A DNA stretch of 29,920 nt, taken from a virus. Its lineage: Duplodnaviria; Caudoviricetes. The notes under the pieces were generated by a model. It was not told the origin of the DNA. It did not search any database and saw only the letters and a program-made list of their open reading frames with translations. Location of the stretch: positions 1 to 29,920 of the IMG/VR virus record IMGVR_UViG_3300016467_000246; one strand, written 5' to 3'. This document shows, piece after piece, positions 27,304 to 29,920 of the stretch (its first letter is position 1; every line of letters starts with the position of its first letter). The translations under genes were made by a program, and so were the position numbers.

Positions 27304-27816
27304 ATGAGCGAAGAAACAAAAATGAGTGCTTCTGAAAAGAAGAAAGAAGATTGGATGAATGCCAAGTGGCGTCCAATGATGGGTTGGATGTACATGTTGG
27401 TCTGTACTATGGACATGGTAGTATTTCCTGTATTATGGAGTTTATTACAAACTATGACCCATACACAGATTACACAATGGCAACCCTTAACACTTCAGGG
27501 GGCAGGCCTATTTCACATTGCTATGGGAGCTGTATTAGGTATTGCAGCGTTTGGTCGTACACAAGAAAAATTAAATGGAGCAAACAATGGAGGAGCACAA
27601 TTACCATCAGGTCAGCCAGCAGCATTTGGCGTACCTTCAGCAGTACCAGCGTCCGGCGGCTTTGGTGCCACAGCATCAGGCGGGTTCGGAGCAGTACCAG
27701 CGTCAACAGGCTTTGGCGGAGGCGGCTTTGGAAGCGTATCTAATTCTCCAGCACAAGTAACCACAGGCTTTGGTGGCAAGCCTGCACCAATGCAACCACA
27801 ACAACCAGCTATATAA
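27304..27816 (+). CDS. Holin (GTA 3TM-holin-like) with low-complexity GGFG tail
   Basis: WRPMMGWMYMLVC...LFHIAMGAVLGIAAFGRTQEK resembles the gene-transfer-agent holin family. Near the endolysin and spanins. Confidence 0.65.
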   Translation: MSEETKMSASEKKKEDWMNAKWRPMMGWMYMLVCTMDMVVFPVLWSLLQTMTHTQITQWQPLTLQGAGLFHIAMGAVLGIAAFGRTQEKLNGANNGGAQLPSGQPAAFGVPSAVPASGGFGATASGGFGAVPASTGFGGGGFGSVSNSPAQVTTGFGGKPAPMQPQQPAI

Positions 27817-27825
27817 GGAGCGATT

Positions 27826-28047
27826 ATGAAACATGTAATTTTTGTAGCAGGACTAGCACTTACACTAGGTTTTCCTGTACAGGCTAAAGAAGAAACCAAA
27901 GCAGAAACTAAAAAAGTCTGTGTAGATGTACAAGGAAAAGATGGCAAACCAGTCATTGATCCAAAGACTAAACAGCCCAAGCAAGAATGTAAAGAAGTCA
28001 AAAAACATAAAAAACACGAGGCAACCGAAGTACCTGTCAAGAAATAA
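27826..28047 (+). CDS. Small secreted/periplasmic Lys-rich protein
   Basis: Sec-type signal peptide MKHVIFVAGLALTLGFPVQA, two Cys and an AAGGAG RBS. Confidence 0.65.
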   Translation: MKHVIFVAGLALTLGFPVQAKEETKAETKKVCVDVQGKDGKPVIDPKTKQPKQECKEVKKHKKHEATEVPVKK

Positions 28048-28076
28048 TAATTTCATAGGCAAATGGTATTAAATAT

Positions 28077-28099
28077 AAGGCTGCTTGACGCAGCCTTTT
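28077..28099 (+). terminator. Rho-independent terminator-like hairpin
   Basis: AAGGCTGC-TTGAC-GCAGCCTT followed by TT; a GC-rich stem ending in a short T run. Confidence 0.65.
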
Positions 28100-28113
28100 C
28101 CTTCATATATAAT
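28085..28113 (+). promoter_or_regulatory. Sigma70-type promoter for dnaJ
   Basis: TTGACG (28085-28090), 17-nt spacer, TATAAT (28108-28113). Confidence 0.75.
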
Positions 28114-28118
28114 AAACT

Positions 28119-28970
28119 ATGGACTACTATGCAACACTAGGCGTTGGAAGAAACGCATCAGATGATGAAATAAAAAAAGCCTACAGAAAATTGGCCATGA
28201 AGCATCACCCCGACCGAGGCGGTGACGAAGCTACATTTAAAAAAATAAGCGAAGCATATGATGTGTTGTCCGATCCTAAGAAAAAAGAAATTTTTGATCT
28301 TGGGGGCGATCCTAAAAATCAAAACGCAGGACAATGGGGTAATAGTTTTAATCAGGGACCGTTTGAATTTCACTTTGGGGGCGGCCCCGGAATGGAAGAC
28401 ATATTTGATAGATTTGGTTTTGGATTTGGATCTCGGCCTGCAAGGAAAAACAAAACTTTAAATATTAACATTAATATTACATTAGAAGACGTTTTAAATG
28501 GTAAAGAGCTTAATGCCGAAATAACGATACCTAATACGGGCAAGCGTAAAATGATTAACATTTCTATTCCTCCGGGTATAGAACACGGTCAGCAAATTCG
28601 TTATGAAGGCATGGGCGACGATTCTATGAAAGAATTTAGGCCGGGAGATTTAATTGTTAACATTAATGTATTACCTCATACTAAATTTAGAAGAGAGGGT
28701 CCAAATCTTATATTTGAAAAAACTGTTTCAGTGTGGGATGCCCTATTGGGTAGTAGTATCGACATTGATACTATTGACGGGAAGAAATTGAATATAAACG
28801 TGCCTGCTGGCACGCAACCAAATACAGTTTTAAGTTGCAGAGGAGAAGGCCTGCCAGTCATCCGAACTAGAGCAAGAGGAAATCTTTTAGTTAATATCAA
28901 AGTTGAAATTCCTAGAAACTTATCTGAAGATACTAAAAATAAAATTAAAAATATAAGGAATGAAATATAA
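28119..28970 (+). CDS. dnaJ: DnaJ-class chaperone (type II / CbpA-like, no zinc finger)
   Basis: J domain with HPD (KHHPDRGGD), a G/F-rich linker and a DnaJ C-terminal domain. No CxxCxGxG repeats. Confidence 0.9.
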   Translation: MDYYATLGVGRNASDDEIKKAYRKLAMKHHPDRGGDEATFKKISEAYDVLSDPKKKEIFDLGGDPKNQNAGQWGNSFNQGPFEFHFGGGPGMEDIFDRFGFGFGSRPARKNKTLNININITLEDVLNGKELNAEITIPNTGKRKMINISIPPGIEHGQQIRYEGMGDDSMKEFRPGDLIVNINVLPHTKFRREGPNLIFEKTVSVWDALLGSSIDIDTIDGKKLNINVPAGTQPNTVLSCRGEGLPVIRTRARGNLLVNIKVEIPRNLSEDTKNKIKNIRNEI

Positions 28971-28974
28971 TATG

Positions 28975-29004
28975 TTGACAACATATTATAAATTAAGTTA
29001 AAAT
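28975..29004 (+). promoter_or_regulatory. Sigma70-type promoter for clpA
   Basis: TTGACA (28975-28980), 18-nt spacer, TAAAAT (28999-29004), followed by an AAGGA RBS. Confidence 0.6.
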
Positions 29005-29030
29005 AAACAAACCAAGGAAACAAACACAAT

Positions 29031-29920
29031 ATGATTGAACCTAGTCAAAAACTACAATCTATTTTTGAAAACTCTATTCATTTAGCAAAAAAATTAGATC
29101 ACGAATACATTACACTGGAACATCTAGTCTATAGTATAATGTGCGATGCCGACAGTTTTAATCAAATTACCGAATTTGGTGCTGACGCTAAATTCATTAA
29201 AGAAAATTTAGAAAATTATCTTAAGAACAATCTTAACGATATTAAATCTCCAAACGCAAAGCCCAAGAAAACCCATAGCATCGAACGAATGCTTAATCGC
29301 TGTTTTAGTCAAGTATTATTCAGCGGTCGTCAAAGAATGGAAGTATTTGACGTTATTATTAGTGTACTCAACGAAAAAAACAGTTTTGCATTCTATTTCC
29401 TCACTAAAGGCGGAATCACTAAAGAAAAATTTATTCAGCATTTTCAAGAAATGCTTTCTGGTAACGAAGAAGAACAAGAACATCCTGTGGCAAATCCTAA
29501 TCAAATTGAACGTGTTATTAATCAGTTCTGTACAAATCTTAGCCTTTTGGCCAAACAAAGAAAACTTGATCCTGTTATTGGCCGCGATGAAGAAATTGAA
29601 AATATTCAACTAGTTCTTGCTCGTCGTAACAAGTGTAACGTGCTGATGGTGGGTGAGCCTGGCGTAGGTAAGACTGCTATTGCAGAAGGCATTGCCCGCA
29701 AGATCTTTGAAAAGAAAGTACCTAAGTTCATTCAAGACCATCAGGTCTATACCTTAGATATTAGTGCCTTACTTGCAGGATCAAAGTATCGTGGTGACTT
29801 TGAAGAACGTATCAAAGCAGTTCTAGCCGCACTGGAACGTAAAGGCAAAATCATTCTTTTCATTGACGAAGCACATATGATGCAGGGTGCGGGTGCAGCC
29901 AATCAAAGTTCAAACGATTT
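29031..29920 (+). CDS. clpA: ATP-dependent Clp protease ATP-binding subunit ClpA (partial, runs off window)
   Basis: Clp N-domain [58 protein letters not shown] and ILFIDEAH. Not in the ORF track because no stop lies in the window. Confidence 0.88.
   Translation, partial: MIEPSQKLQSIFENSIHLAKKLDHEYITLEHLVYSIMCDADSFNQITEFGADAKFIKENLENYLKNNLNDIKSPNAKPKKTHSIERMLNRCFSQVLFSGRQRMEVFDVIISVLNEKNSFAFYFLTKGGITKEKFIQHFQEMLSGNEEEQEHPVANPNQIERVINQFCTNLSLLAKQRKLDPVIGRDEEIENIQLVLARRNKCNVLMVGEPGVGKTAIAEGIARKIFEKKVPKFIQDHQVYTLDISALLAGSKYRGDFEERIKAVLAALERKGKIILFIDEAHMMQGAGAANQSSND

Noticed and set aside
29316-29613. ORF-track entries 29316-29609 (-) and 29347-29613 (+)
   Set aside because: Both lie within the clpA reading frame that starts at 29031.
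1-29920. CRISPR array, tRNA, rRNA, integrase or transposase
   Set aside because: No regularly spaced identical repeats, cloverleafs or mobile-element motifs were seen, and intergenic gaps are very short.
1-29920. Stop-codon reassignment as seen in some large phages
   Set aside because: Genes are full-length and tightly packed under the standard code, and TAA, TGA and TAG all appear as plausible stops.

Overview
This window is an AT-rich, gene-dense stretch of a large (probably jumbo) tailed phage genome with T4-like traits. Spanins imply a Gram-negative host. From left to right it contains: the C-terminus of an IscA/HesB Fe-S protein (1-42); a small Cys-rich gene on the minus strand; a ~17 kb virion tail/baseplate module (a 3070-aa fibre-like protein with a C-terminal autocleaving chaperone-like domain, three further proteins sharing its N-terminal motif, and an Ig-like baseplate protein); a stand-alone 158-aa DnaE (Pol III alpha) fragment; GroES; a truncated UDP-glucose dehydrogenase; a MazG-like pyrophosphatase; a cytidylyltransferase; an RFC/gp44-type clamp loader; dCMP deaminase; PhoH (minus strand); a lysis region (GH19 endolysin, i- and o-spanin, DUF4337-like protein, GTA-type holin); DnaJ; and the 5' part of ClpA. 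The most notable observations are the non-intein DnaE fragment near an RFC-type clamp loader, a terminator whose loop holds the -35 of a sigma70 promoter for a probably leaderless dnaJ, a structured phoH leader, a holin with an FG-repeat tail, a recurrent GGAGCGA start motif and phycobiliprotein-like CxRD repeats in the giant protein. All family calls come from motif recognition by eye; no database search was run.
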